Source: Minutocellus sp. GHC0000111 (Eukaryota). From it: a stretch of 64,000 nucleotides of DNA. The notes under the pieces are model-generated. The model was not told the DNA's origin. It ran no database searches and saw only the letters and a list, made by a program, of their open reading frames with translations. The stretch lies in NCBI GenBank assembly GCA_977018835.1, contig OZ361260.1, forward strand, positions 1,736,001 through 1,800,000, given 5' to 3'. Position 1 is the first letter of the stretch. Each line of letters begins with the position of its first letter. Both the position numbers and the translations under genes were made by a program. Below, in pieces: positions 33,362 to 45,951 of this stretch.

Positions 33362-35845
33362 TCATCGCCGAGCGTAAATGGTACCCGCGGAGTGCCGGGG
33401 CCGTCTCGTTCTGATGACTCCTCCACCTCCCCCACCTCCTCCCCGTTTGTCGCCATCTTCTCTCACATGGAAGTATCTCTTTGCGCGCAGAGACCGACCG
33501 AAGCCAATGGACGGTGTAGGCAGAGCGTTGTGATTTACCTTTGTCGCGATGGAATTGCTCACACCTGGAAATAGACTGTTGCATCCGATGCAGCGATATG
33601 GTGCTCGGCCGATCATGAGTGAGTCCTTTTCTTCCGTCAGACCAAGCCGAGCCTTTTCGATGGACTTGGAGACTATGTTGGATACGTCTGAGCGGGTCAT
33701 CTTTTGTTTCAGGCCCTGGTGGATGTCACCAATCGCCAATTGCAAGGCCTCGTGGGTCGCAAAGCGATCCTTGTAGCTTGATTCGACGATCCAAGTAGAG
33801 CCTTTACCTGATCCAAGCTCGGCTTGTCATCCAGCTTGGAAATGAGACTTTCCAATTCTTTCTGAAGACTACCAAATGTCGTCTGTGCCGCTTCTATAGA
33901 GGCCAGAGCCTCTTGTAATCGCTTATCATCGCCATCGGATGCTTCACTGACACCGCCAGTACCAAAATTTGCGTCGCTGGCACTATCAGATGAGGTTGCC
34001 AAGCCGTCTTCAAGCAATTGACGTATGGTATCTGCCAAGGCGTCGTATTTTGTGTTGCATTTGTTCTCGAGTGATGCCACCGTGCTATCAAGGTGCGAGC
34101 TATCTACCTTTTCTTTCTCGAGTCGAAGAAGGCTCTGTCGACTTGGTTCTTCCAGCCGTCGTCTGTTGATACAGCGGGGAGATTTCTGCTCTTTTGAGCC
34201 ACGAGCTTGGCCTCTTGATCGTCCAGGCGATCGCTGAGAAGTCTCATCTTTTGCTCAAGGTCCGAAACGACAGCGTCGTTCACCGAATTACCATGGCTGT
34301 GAGTTTTATCCATTTCTACCTTCGCTGGCGACAAATCTGATTGACCTCGAGACTGTTGAGATAATTCGAGCTCATTTTGGGCCAGGCGAGAGGATAGCTC
34401 CATGGATAGATCATCCACGCGTTGATTTGTCTCCTCAATATTCTTTTGGGTGATTTTGTTTTGCTCTTGCAGTATGGAATTAAGTGTAATTGGAGCTGGG
34501 GCTGGAGCTGAATTATCGCTAGATTTCTCCTCGGTCTTGTTGGATGCATCGATACAGCCATCCAAAAATGCGTCCATAGCGTCCACTCGACTTTTGATGT
34601 CCAATATTTCCATCTGTAGCTTGAGGATGTTCTCTTTCATTGCGTTGCTATCGGACGATTCAATTTCATTGCTAGCAGCCGATTTTTCGCACTCAGCTTT
34701 AAGAGCAGAGTTGCTATTTCCATTGTGGTGCTTTCTCAAAATTTCATCGTACGTACCTTCCAATCGTTCGAGGCGTGAGACCAACGTGTCGTGAAATGCA
34801 AGCTTGGTTTTAGAAGCATTGAACACTACTGTCGACGACCGATGACTTGCGCTATTTATTTGGTTTTGGCGGGCCGGCGATTGCTTTGATACGGCTGTGT
34901 TGTTTGTCGAACCTTGCCCGGCGTCTGGGCGTAAAAGTGCTGTTGATAGTGTCTTGTCGATATCATTGGCAATATCTTCAACGTTGATCGATGAGTCGTC
35001 CTCATTCGTCTCGTCAGGCTCGTCTAAAGACTTTATTAGGATTCTATCGTCGCCGACAATTGTGCCATTTCCCAATGATGTCGCGGCGGATACAGTAAGA
35101 GATCGTTCATCGGTCTCCCCGGGATGCTTCTTCTCTTTGTCAGGGTGGTCAACAGAGCCATCGTCCACTTCCTCACGAATGTCTTCATGCTCTGCTAGTA
35201 GGCCTACATCTGTATCCCGTAGTTCCGACTGGATAGTCGAGGACGGCTTTTTGCTATGAGTGACCTTGATCTTGCCACCCTGTACTCGGTGATTCTCTTC
35301 CATCTCTGCAATCTCAGCGGCGGTCTCCCAATCCTTTTGTTCCTTCTCGCTACCGCCACTGTTATCGCCATCGTTGCCAGGAGTAAGCCAAGATTGTGCG
35401 TCAACAAGGTCAAGGTTTCTCTAATCGCCGACAGTTCCTGGCCATACCTACTATCCATATTCTTCACCTCTTCGCGGAGGTCGCGGTTATCCTTCTCGGA
35501 CGATGCCAGCCTTTCGACAAGATTGTCGATTTGGGCGCCATATCGCTGCTGGAATTCTTCTTGAAGCTCATTCTTCTGTTCTTCTTTTTTGGCTTGTTGG
35601 GCTTGTTGCACTTGCCTGGCATCGAGATACTTCTGTTCGAGGACGTCTATTCTCGTTGAAATCCCATTGCATTGTGAATTCAATTCGTGCGTAGAGGTCT
35701 GTTGCTCCTGAATCAATGTAAGGAGGTGACGAAGAGTATCCTGGATGGCCTGTTGGGGTTCCTGGAAGCTAATGGACTTGATGGCATTGTTGGCTAGGGC
35801 CGTCGGATTGATTACTTTGGAGTAAGAGTTTGGACCTTCATCCAT
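33362..35845 (-). pseudogene. Long coiled-coil protein with a C-terminal YRCIGC motif (QRICH2/DUF4795-like), broken by three apparent 1-nt frameshifts (about 35386, 34138, 33790)
   Basis: Four consecutive overlapping ORFs join into one coiled-coil protein (LEKEKVD, LDDKPSLDQV, LKQKMTRSDV, LMIGRAPYRCIGCN) if one base is added at each junction. Confidence 0.6.
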
Positions 35846-36066
35846 ACTTCGAGAGGACTACCAAGGGTGAGATAAATGCTACCTAGGTAAACTGGAACGG
35901 GGGTTAGATGCTTCATGGCGTCATACGCAAAAAAATAGCCTCATCAGGGGTCAATAGCCTCATCCATTTTTACGCCAACCAACAACAAACCAGAACCAGA
36001 GCCCCTGAAAACGATCGTTTTCACCTCCTTGTCATTCCTCACTAGCTAAATAGTACGTCGTAACTC

Positions 36067-37017
36067 ATGGAACAACATTCCACATCAAGAGCTCAGCGTC
36101 GAGCGAAGGAGCGCGTGGCGATACACGCTCGCACGGAAGATAATAAGCCATCGATTCAAGGCAAAGTCCCCCGACGCCGCCGAAGGGGACTTCAATCAAC
36201 AAGGAGCAAGCCACTCTGGGACGATAGTGTGGCTGGCAAGGTACTGCCACCATCTCGTCGTGAATTGGCTGCCCCCACAACCACGAAAACCAAAAAGTCC
36301 ACGAGCAATAATCGTCCAAAGTCCAGAATCAGGACCATTGACCTCATCGATCGAAGTGATGGATCTCCAACTTGCACTCGACAAGTACGATCCATCATTT
36401 GCAAGCGTCCCTCCGTCGACGGCAAGATATCTCAATGCCTTACCAAGAATGCAGCGACTTCACCAGTCGATACTTCTTGCGCTCAAAACTGTATTGGCGA
36501 GCCGCTTCTCGCCATGTCAGTAGCTAAACTCCAGCACAGAGAGGCCGAAGCACTTGTCAAGCTTGAAAAACATCTAATCGAGTTAGAGACGCTCGAAGAT
36601 ATGATTCGTATGGGCATTGATGATAGTATGTCTATCTTTGGACCTGAACATTGTTCTTCCGGCGACATTTGCGATTGTGACAGCCTCGAGGAGGATGTGG
36701 AACAAGATTTGCCAACAACTGATGCTGACGACGACAGTAGATCAGTTCAATCATTTGTCGAACCTACCTCCAAAGCTGCTTCTGAGATCCCAGCTCCACT
36801 CAACATAAGTCTTGAGGAGGCTATCGAAGCTCGGCTGATCCGCTCGTCTCGGGCGAACCAATACCGTCGCCGTCGGATCGTTGAGGAGCCGTTCGAGAGG
36901 ATCGGCTTGCCTGCCCACGTTGTCATCGAGAGGGCAGTAGAATCAATAATCGACGACGAGATCCAACTTATTGCGCATGAATTTGATTTATTTCCTCTAG
37001 CCGAGCGCTTAGACTAG
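36067..37017 (+). CDS. Hypothetical protein, head-to-head with the coiled-coil gene
   Basis: 316-aa ATG ORF with a basic N-terminus, an acidic middle and a helical C-terminus. Confidence 0.55.
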   Translation: MEQHSTSRAQRRAKERVAIHARTEDNKPSIQGKVPRRRRRGLQSTRSKPLWDDSVAGKVLPPSRRELAAPTTTKTKKSTSNNRPKSRIRTIDLIDRSDGSPTCTRQVRSIICKRPSVDGKISQCLTKNAATSPVDTSCAQNCIGEPLLAMSVAKLQHREAEALVKLEKHLIELETLEDMIRMGIDDSMSIFGPEHCSSGDICDCDSLEEDVEQDLPTTDADDDSRSVQSFVEPTSKAASEIPAPLNISLEEAIEARLIRSSRANQYRRRRIVEEPFERIGLPAHVVIERAVESIIDDEIQLIAHEFDLFPLAERLD

Positions 37018-37155
37018 TACCTACTACCGCAGTTAGTAGTACCTGAGCTATAGATGCAATAAGGTAGCAACTAATATTTGCGATTTATGTAGAGAGTCGA
37101 GTCTAATCAAAAACAAATCCGTTGTTCCTTCTTGCTTGCCATCACAATACAGCAA

Positions 37156-40100
37156 CTACGGACTAGCAGCGTACTCTTCGCCGTCTACACCTTCCTGGTC
37201 CTCTCCTTCTCCAGCTACTTCCTGGCCCCACATCTTTCGCATCCTCTCGACAGCACCTGGCTTGACAGGTCGGCGCCTCTTGCTATCAATGTAGTGCATC
37301 GCCATCATTTCATCCAATCGCAGTCCGGGAACTTGAGACCTGTCCATTGCCTGCTGCGCAAGCGATGCATCGGGAGGGACGACGGCGAGAAGTGTATCCT
37401 CCATGGACTCGACGAGCTCCCAGACGGCACGTTCTTGAGTCGGATTGACCAAATGCCACAAATCACCCACCGCATGCTTGGTGAGATCAATGTCTTGAAT
37501 CTTCTTGTGCATTACAAGGATGAAGTCGGATGCGTCACTATCGGTAATCTCGGCGGCGATGCTCATGAGCTCCAACATTGTTGTGAGGATCTCAAATTCC
37601 TTCTCGATGACCTTGCGCAGCGCGGGCATGTCTTCCACGAGACCGTCGAAATATTGCCTCATGACCTTAATGTCGCCGGATATGCGCTCTAATGCCTTGT
37701 GATTGCTAATGAAGAAGGATTCCTTGTTGCTTCTGTGCTTCTCGGCGGTTTCGAGGAGGCACTTGACGTAAAAAACGACAGAGGAAGACACGAGCGAATC
37801 GACCGCCTTCTTGAGCATGAAATCATCAATGAATTGTTCCAGATCGCCCATGAAATCTTCGAGAGTCCTAGTGAGAGTAAGAGCGAGCTCATTGTGAGTC
37901 AAATTCTCCTCCCACTCGGGCCCGAACAGTTCCTCTACGATGGCCTCTCTGATGGGCTCAAAAATGTAAATATGAACACTCTGAGCTGCGTAGACGGCGT
38001 CGGCACTGTAAACCGCAAGTAGCTCGCCTGAACTGGCTTCGAGTGTGGCAACATCTTGCTCGGTGAATTCACACTCATCACTGAGTTCTTGCACTACTTC
38101 TTCAACCTTCTCGCTCATACGAGTAAAGTCATTGGATGCGGCACAGCATGTTTCCAGATCTTGAAGAAAGCCATCGCGCGCGTGGATTTGCTTGGATCTC
38201 ATCATGGAGAAGATGAGACATACAGCCATGACGAGAGCTTCGGACTCTTTCGATAGACGTTCTCGGATCGTTGTGACTTGTACAGCTGCGAGCGAAAGGA
38301 CATCTTCGCACAAGGATGTGGTGAGCTTGCCATCTGCTGACTGGTTCTTGGAGTGGTCGGCACTGTGTGAGTTCGCGATTTGGATGAGGAGTGGAGAGAA
38401 TGCAGCAAGAGAAAAAGGACGTTGAGAAAGAAGATGGATTATGAATCATACTGTTGTAGGCACAACGTGAAAGGATATATGGCCCGGCAGACCAGAGCAC
38501 CAAAAATACTCACTTGTACACATTCTGGAGCCATTCTTCCGATTGAGTCCGAGTACGGACAAGGAACTCCTCTTGGGCTAGTCGATGGACCTCCCACAGC
38601 ATGTTGTTCACCCACGCGAGGTTATCCGTCGCTGTGTCCATATCAACTTCCTTTCCGCTACTGGCGAAGAGGTCGGGCTTCTTCTCAAAGTCGGCAGCCT
38701 TTTGTGTTGCATGCATAGTAGCCACAGCAGGAAACATTTCTTCTACCGTTTCTCGGAAAAACTCAACCCAAGCGACCAGATCGAGGAGCTGCGTGACGGT
38801 AAGATCGGGCAGAGCATGGCCATCGGGCCCGCCAATCTGTTGAATGATTTGGTTGGAACAGACGTGGGCGACACAGGCCGACCAAAGCACTTCGATGGCC
38901 CAGTGCGGGGGGAAGCATGGCGATATGTCGGACTTGACCAGCTCAATCTCCGCAACGAGCTCAGTGGCCGCTCGAAGGACGGCGGTGAACTGTGCATTGA
39001 GGCCCTGATCTTCATCGGCGGTGTCGGCAGCCTGCATGTGAACGCCACGGAACACCTCTAGTCCTCGGAGCTCAAAATCTTGATAAATTTGCGCCAAGGC
39101 AGCAGCTCTCATATCGGTAAAATGCAGAGTTTGCTTGGGCATGTCATCCTCCTCGTGCAGGGCCTTGTATTGGTCGTTGGCGCGCTCGTAGACCTCCACG
39201 GCCTCCACCAGGGCCACCATCCCCGCGGGATTGTTGAGGGCTAGGTCAAACGATGATCCAATGCCAGATAGAATTCTCATACGAATCTCATCACCGAGCT
39301 CCCACACATTCTTTACATGCTGCGAGAGGAAGTTGTCGACCATCTCGTAGTTGCGTCCGCCCTGCGTCCACCCTCGATCGGACATGCGCTTGCTCCGCAT
39401 CTGCTGCCGAAGCCGACGGCTCGAGGGCCCGGTCTGCATCACGCCCCGGCGGCCGCCACTCCGTCCGGATTCGTCGTCGCCCTCATCAAACATGGCCTTC
39501 ATACCCATCTCAGCCTCAACGAGGAGGATCTCCAGCTCGACGTGCTCCATACAGACGTTGCGGATGGTGTTCCACTCGTCGGCGGTCCACTCGCCCGAGT
39601 GCAGCTCATCGCGGAGCCTGTCGCACGTCGAGGGTATGTGAGAGAAGAATTCCAGCTCGCGGAAACACCGGAAGAGATTCCGCCGGGCATTGATGGCGGC
39701 CTTGAGGCGGGGATATCGCGTCAAAATGAACTCATCCTTCTCGGTCACGGCTCCGTGCGGTCCGACGGCACCACTGGCGGCCGCGCCGACGCCGCTGCTG
39801 GCCGAATCGGTGATGTAGGTGCACAGCTGCCGAAGCTTGCCAAGGTCGGACTTGGTCACAGTGACGGCGTTGACCAGCTCCTGCACTTCGGCACCGGACG
39901 CGGCGACGCCATCGTTGAGGCGGGCATTGATCAGCCCGAGCTCCCGCTGAGCGCTGGCGCGGAGCTTTTCGATCTCCTTGTCCATCTTGAGGGCCCCGTC
40001 GGCCCCACCGAGGGGGAAGCCGCGCATTCCCACCTCGATGCCCTCGGAATCGTCCATTCCACCCCCGGTTGCATCCGGTGATGCCGCCGATGCCGGTCCG

Positions 40101-41185
40101 ACGGCACCGTTCATGAGTAGCTCGTCGATGAGACCAGCGTCGTACAGCCACGTGCTGACGATGTTGACGGCCCGCTCCTCGGCCTTGCGCTCAAAGTCGA
40201 CCAACGACACGCCCTGGACGGCCTCCTTGATGCTGGGCAGCTCGGGCGGTCGCTCGTAGAACTGATTCTCGGCCGCTTCGGCCGCCATGAGGGCCGCCTC
40301 GGCGTCGGTGGCCGACTTCTTCTCGTCGGAGTAGTAATCGTCGGCATTGTTCTCCTGCGCCTCGTCGTACATCCGCTGCTGCTCGATGTGGTAGTCGTCG
40401 TAGGGCCATCGCTGCACCCCGCCCTTCCCGCCGCCCTTGCCCTTCTTCCTTCGGCTGGTACTGCTCCCGGGATCATCCTGTCCCGCCTGTCCGGCCTGAT
40501 CGTCCTCCCACGGCCTGGGTTCTTCGTAGTAGTTTCCACCGCCGCCGGCACCGCCATCCATATCCTTGTTCCGCTTCAACAGGCCCGCCAGGTTGTCCTT
40601 GGCCTTCTCCACCCCCACCGCGAAGGATTGGGTATTCTCCCCGGGAACGGCCGCCCCGGACGTCCTCGCTCGGCCGCCTCGGCCCAATGCCGCCGGCCGG
40701 CCGGAAGAGGAGGAGCCGCCGCCGCCGCCTCCGTCGTTCCCACCCGCCGCCGCCGCACCGCTGGCGCGGTTGATCAGACCCCGCGCCCCGCGGGCCAGGT
40801 TGGCCGCCCGGTTCTGAGGTCCGGCATTGCTGGTATTGTTATTGATATTGTTATTGCCAGCGCCGCCGTCGTCATCGTCGAACGGGTTGTTGCTGCTGAA
40901 GCTCGACGAGGCAGAGCGCGGTCCCTGCTCGGTCCGCGACCGTCGGACGGGAGCCGGCCTGCTACCGCCGCCTCCTCTCGCACCATCTTCAAAGGGATTG
41001 TTGGACGACGATCCACCACCACCGCCGCCGCCGCCAGATCGACGGGGAGGTCGGGAGGAACCCCCCGAGCTCCGCCGCGGAGGGGGCGGGGGGACGTCGT
41101 CGTCATCGTCAAATGGGTTGCTGCTGGACTCCGAAGCGAACGGGTTGGTGCCGCCGCCGCCGCGCCGGCCGCTCTGCCGGGACAT
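37156..41185 (-). CDS. SEC6: Exocyst complex component Sec6/EXOC3-like with an NPF-rich N-terminal extension; intron 38513-38363
   Basis: Long helical protein with PCFPPHW, DLVAWVEFF, DGKLTTSLCEDVL, CAASND and TLEDFMGD, resembling Sec6. The intron joins NVYN|ADHS in frame. Confidence 0.75.
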
Positions 41186-41773
41186 GTTTACAACAACGAA
41201 CCAACCGGAAGGTCAGCCAAGCAGGAACGCCAAGTATGTCGGAGCAACGCAAAGATTACCAAGGCCTTCCGTTCAAGATACGATCGCAAGATGTGTTGCC
41301 TTTGAACGACAGTATAGAAATTCTCGAAAGACAGATGGAATAGGGGAATAATACTGAATCTCGACTGCGTGGGTAGGAACAGAGGCAGGTTGGCAAGGCA
41401 ATTCTTGCCAATGGTGTAGCCGGCCGCGCAAACGCCACCGGTGCACCGTTTGACCGCCATCTTCGCCCCGGCCTCTCGGCGTCGCCTCGCTCGCTCCGCT
41501 CTGCGCCGCCGGGGGCGGGATCAAAACTGACCACATCATTGTGACGTATCCGAAAATGGTCCTCGCAGCCCAATGAGAGCAGACACAGACGGCTCTACAT
41601 GTATTGCGCTGACGGCTGACGACATCGGAGACATGCGTCTGGAATGGTACATGTAGAGTAACTCTACATGTGGAGTCTAGCTAAGTACACGTACCTAGCT
41701 AGGTAGGTAGGGATTATATATATAATGGTGAAGCGAGAATATATAGATCTAGCTACGTAGATGGATGCTCAAC

Positions 41774-43885
41774 TCAATTCTTCTTCTTTACAAAGAAGAA
41801 GTTGTCAATCTTCATTTTTGATGGGGGAGCAGCAACAGAACCGGAAGAAGATGACGGCTTCTGTCTCTTCGTGCCTTTGGCACCGCCATTGCTTCCAGAG
41901 CCAGCTCTACTACTACTTCCATGTCCACTTTTGCCTCCGCCGCCGCCGCTGCAGCCACTCCTGTCCAAGGCAGATAGCATCCTCTCCTCCGTGTCGAACG
42001 ATGCTTGCAGCCTGCGGGCATATTCAAGATCTGGATCCTCCGATGACTTCGGCTCTCTCTGCGATTGCTGAAAATCTTCAGACCTGGGAGCAGAAGCGGA
42101 CTCATTTAGCGTCGCCTGCAACCTCCGAGCATACTCGAGGTCAGCGTCATGAGAGGAGGGTACTGCTTCTGTTTTTGGGCTTACAATCTTGGATGTTGGT
42201 GCCTCCTCATTGGTAGTAGAAGTAGAAAATTGGGTCATCGCTTTCTTCAAAGCCACATTCTTGTCAACTTCACCTTCACTACGAATCTTCTTTGATTTGG
42301 GTGAAGCTTGCTTGGCAAAAAAGGCATCGATGGCCCCGTTGCGACTCTGCACCTCAAAGTCAATCGCCGATAGTCCAAGCCGATGGATCGGAAAATCGCC
42401 TCGTTTGGCCAATGTGTCGGTTACTTTGGATACGAGCTGTTCCAATCGCTGATCCCTGTCCGATGCTTTCGGGAACGGTATTCTAGCGCTCCTAGTCGAT
42501 CGTTCATTCCCTCCCAATCCACTCGAAAAGATATACTGAATATTGCACGACTTTGGGTATCTCTCATTCCTCTTGGAATCTTGCTCCACGCGAGCGACAA
42601 CGTCCGTTGCCAGCAACCTCGTCCATTTGTCCAAGCCCTCGAGGTATGTGGCTCCAAAACTTTTGAAGGCCATTATGCTTTTCGTCAATGCGCCCTTGGT
42701 TTCTTGCACGGCCTCGTTGTCGACCCCCCTGGCTACATTGAATACCCTTTGGGCTGTTTCTCTGCCGAGCTTTTGCGCCAAATCGTTGATAGAAAGTAAT
42801 CTTGCGATCGATCCCATCCTATCTTCATCTTCCGGAAGGAGAGAAAGGGCGGCCTTGCCAACTTTCCCTCCCATGTTGCGACATTTTCTTATTGGCGTTT
42901 CTTCCATCAGCTTCGGGATCAATTCTGGAAAGACAACCGCTTGCCCATCTGATTTCCCATACGATGCCCCAAGCTTGGCAACAGTCTTGTTGATTGATAC
43001 ACCGGCACTCATAGTGAAGCCAAGGGAACTAAAAACAGCACTTCGGACACCTCGCGCCACAATGCAACCCCTGCGCAATGCAGCTGCTTCCTCCTCGTCA
43101 TCATCATCACCATCATTGTCGCCAACACCATTGCTTCCACATTCACCAATCGTTTGCTTGGTGTTCGATCCGAATACAACAGTCTCCTTGTTTGCAGCAT
43201 CGGCGAGGCCCTCGATTTCATCTTCCTTCCAAGCCGGTACCGCCGCATTGTAGCAGTGATCGCTAACATCCAAAAATATCTCATCAATCGAAGCCCGTTC
43301 TAGGACAAAATTCCCTTTGCCAACGTTGGCAATCAACGCCTCGGTAATGGCGCTAAATATCCTGGCCGATGCCAGCCGATACCGTTCGAGGCTTGCCTTT
43401 CCTTCGTGAGGATGTCGCATCACATTTTTCTCCTTCCGGAACAGCTCAGCACGAGTTTCGGCCGGAAGGTTGTACGTGGCGTTATAGCTTTGGACCAACT
43501 CGGAGTTGCCTCCACCCGCCAGCTCTTCTTCGCCAGCATGGTGGTCGCCGTCGCCATCTTGGGCAGCAGCAGTAGCCGGCGCCGCCGCTGTCGAAGCGGT
43601 AATGTCCTCCACGGAAATAACGGGCAGATGCAACGAAACGCATTGGCCCTGACTCTTCTTGCTGATCTCATCAAACCCATCTCCTCGCTTGATGCCGAAT
43701 GCACGGGCTGGGTAATTGACCGCCAGAGCAGAGTTCCACTGGAGGAGGCACAAGGGGAGCGACTTGTCCAGCCCAAGACGGACAGTCTCACATTGAGCGT
43801 AGAAGCAGTCCAAGTCCAAAAGGAGGACAATCCGTGGCCGGCTGGTCCTGCCTCGCTTTTGACCTATTTTCTGGTGGGTTGGCAT
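41774..43885 (-). CDS. POLH: Y-family DNA polymerase eta
   Basis: LDLDCFYAQCE, QWNSALAVNYPARAFGIKR, KASLERYR, ERASIDE, KCRNMGGKVG, KSIMAFKSF and a C-terminal PIP-like KIDNFF. Confidence 0.9.
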   Translation of the reverse strand: MPTHQKIGQKRGRTSRPRIVLLLDLDCFYAQCETVRLGLDKSLPLCLLQWNSALAVNYPARAFGIKRGDGFDEISKKSQGQCVSLHLPVISVEDITASTAAAPATAAAQDGDGDHHAGEEELAGGGNSELVQSYNATYNLPAETRAELFRKEKNVMRHPHEGKASLERYRLASARIFSAITEALIANVGKGNFVLERASIDEIFLDVSDHCYNAAVPAWKEDEIEGLADAANKETVVFGSNTKQTIGECGSNGVGDNDGDDDDEEEAAALRRGCIVARGVRSAVFSSLGFTMSAGVSINKTVAKLGASYGKSDGQAVVFPELIPKLMEETPIRKCRNMGGKVGKAALSLLPEDEDRMGSIARLLSINDLAQKLGRETAQRVFNVARGVDNEAVQETKGALTKSIMAFKSFGATYLEGLDKWTRLLATDVVARVEQDSKRNERYPKSCNIQYIFSSGLGGNERSTRSARIPFPKASDRDQRLEQLVSKVTDTLAKRGDFPIHRLGLSAIDFEVQSRNGAIDAFFAKQASPKSKKIRSEGEVDKNVALKKAMTQFSTSTTNEEAPTSKIVSPKTEAVPSSHDADLEYARRLQATLNESASAPRSEDFQQSQREPKSSEDPDLEYARRLQASFDTEERMLSALDRSGCSGGGGGKSGHGSSSRAGSGSNGGAKGTKRQKPSSSSGSVAAPPSKMKIDNFFFVKKKN

Positions 43886-44270
43886 GGATGCGATGCGGCA
43901 GGGCAAGCACTGGTGACCTGAACCACAGGTACCAATCGGAATGAATCGAATCCAACCAGCTTGGACTTGTACGCTCTGACCGCACAGATTGACTTGCCGT
44001 TTATACTACTGACTTACGAGACCGCCATGGTCGCGCGGCAGATGGCAGATGTAATGTGGCTTTTCTTTGCCATTTCAGTTTCGTCACGATAGATACCAAA
44101 ATTTCTGACACAAAAGCCACTCTCGCTCTGCCACGTGTTATGTTCTCGCTCGGCTTCAAGTTGTCACCTTTCGTTCCACGAGCATATTCTTTGAAGATTC
44201 GTTTCGATTATCTCATACTTCCTCTCACCAGTTGCATCCAAGGGCCAACTTAACTTGCCTTCTCTACACG

Positions 44271-45353
44271 ATGATTGCCGCCGCGAGACAGCTCCCCGCG
44301 CGTCGAATCCGGCCTCGCCCCCGATCCAGCACATCATCAAGCGCCTGCTCTGCCATGGTGTCATTTTCTCGTTGTTCTTCGACGACATCGACCTCGGCGG
44401 GAAAGAATTCCAAAGCCGCAAACGCCTGTAGAATATCGCCATCAAACCGGATGCGATCACGCCCATCGTCCACCACGAGCACTATCCTTCCCTTCTCAAC
44501 GCCAGCAACAGCAACAGCAACAGCCTCGTCAGCTGCTGCAGCAGCCCCGAAAACCAATCGAAACATTCTCCCTCTCGAGCTGGTCGAGAGCGCCAAGGTG
44601 AAATTCGCCCTCCCATTCATCGGAAATGCCGCATACCTCGCTCTGGCCAGTGGCTTCCTCATGACGGACATGCTAACACTACGATGCGCCCTCGTAGGCG
44701 GATACTCAGGACTGGTGGCCTTCCATCTCTTGCATCCTCGTCCTCTCCGGATTCCGCTCAAGTGGAGCGCGTTCTTCGTCGCTGTCAACGCTGGCGCAGC
44801 ATGCTTTCTCATTGCCGATCAGTGGGGCGGATCCTTGACGGAGGAAGAGGAGGAACTGTACAACGAGCACTTTCCCATGCTGACAAGAGGTCAGTTCCAG
44901 CAGCTCCTGTCGTTGAGTACCACCCAGACCATGGCGAATGGCACGAAGCTTACGGTCGAGGGTGAGCATTGTGAGAAAATTTACTTTATGAAGCGTGGCC
45001 ATTCCAAGCTGTGCGTTCGAAATAATTATTTCGCCAACATTGATGAGGGATCCTTTGTCAACGATGTTGCCTTTGCCAGACATGACGGAGCTGAGGCATA
45101 CGGTACGGTCGTTACAGAAGGCGAGACGGAAGTTATGATGTGGGATTGGCAGAAGTTGCGCGAATATTTGAATTCTCGGCCCGAGATGGATCGCAGCATG
45201 CGCTTCTGCTTCACTCAGCATCTGGTCAAGGGACTTATGCAGCAGCGAGAAGCGGCTCATTTGAAGCATCTGAAAACAGGAGAAGAGGATTGGGCTGCGA
45301 CGGTAGATGATGAGGGAGGGGCAGTTGTTGTTGCAGACCGGACAACAAAATGA
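44271..45353 (+). CDS. Popeye-like membrane protein with a cyclic-nucleotide-binding-fold domain and a probable mitochondrial presequence
   Basis: GNAAYLALASGFLMTDMLTLR, three TM segments, EEELYNEHFPMLTRGQF, cNMP-like LTVEGE...IYF...GSFVND. Confidence 0.75.
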   Translation: MIAAARQLPARRIRPRPRSSTSSSACSAMVSFSRCSSTTSTSAGKNSKAANACRISPSNRMRSRPSSTTSTILPFSTPATATATASSAAAAAPKTNRNILPLELVESAKVKFALPFIGNAAYLALASGFLMTDMLTLRCALVGGYSGLVAFHLLHPRPLRIPLKWSAFFVAVNAGAACFLIADQWGGSLTEEEEELYNEHFPMLTRGQFQQLLSLSTTQTMANGTKLTVEGEHCEKIYFMKRGHSKLCVRNNYFANIDEGSFVNDVAFARHDGAEAYGTVVTEGETEVMMWDWQKLREYLNSRPEMDRSMRFCFTQHLVKGLMQQREAAHLKHLKTGEEDWAATVDDEGGAVVVADRTTK

Positions 45354-45951
45354 ATTAAAAAAATGAACGCCAACCGCAAGAGATGATTCAAAACAATTGA
45401 ACGCGGCACTACAAACTTAAACTAACGAGACTGACCACCGTGGGCCTCACTACCTCACTCTAGCTGGGAATTAAAGGAGCCCATCGGCAGCAGCAGCCGC
45501 AGCAGCAGACTCGCTCGACGATCGACTCGCAAGGTCGAAAGATTCTGAGCTCGGCGGAGAATCTTAGAGCCGAGAGAGAGAAAAAAATACATGGTGCATG
45601 TACCATGGTAATGTACTCAAATCAGCTTACTTGAGGAATTGAGCCACCTACAATTAATCCACACAAGATACACAGGACACACGTCGGTCGAACGATCCAT
45701 CCTCCCATCCTCCTTTTTTCCTTGACGATGGCACTTGCTCGATCCGAGCGAATGCCTTCTATCCAGGTAAGATCGAAACACAAGGGTCCCATACTGATGA
45801 ATACGTCATCATGACCTGTCGCTATTTCCTGCCCGCCCGCCCGCCCGCGGGGCCATAGCGCCATCGCCAGCGGCCATCCCAAAAGACACAAAGGCCATGC
45901 TCCGCTGAGGCCTGAAAATCGCCCCACACGCCACTAATACTCAATCCAACC

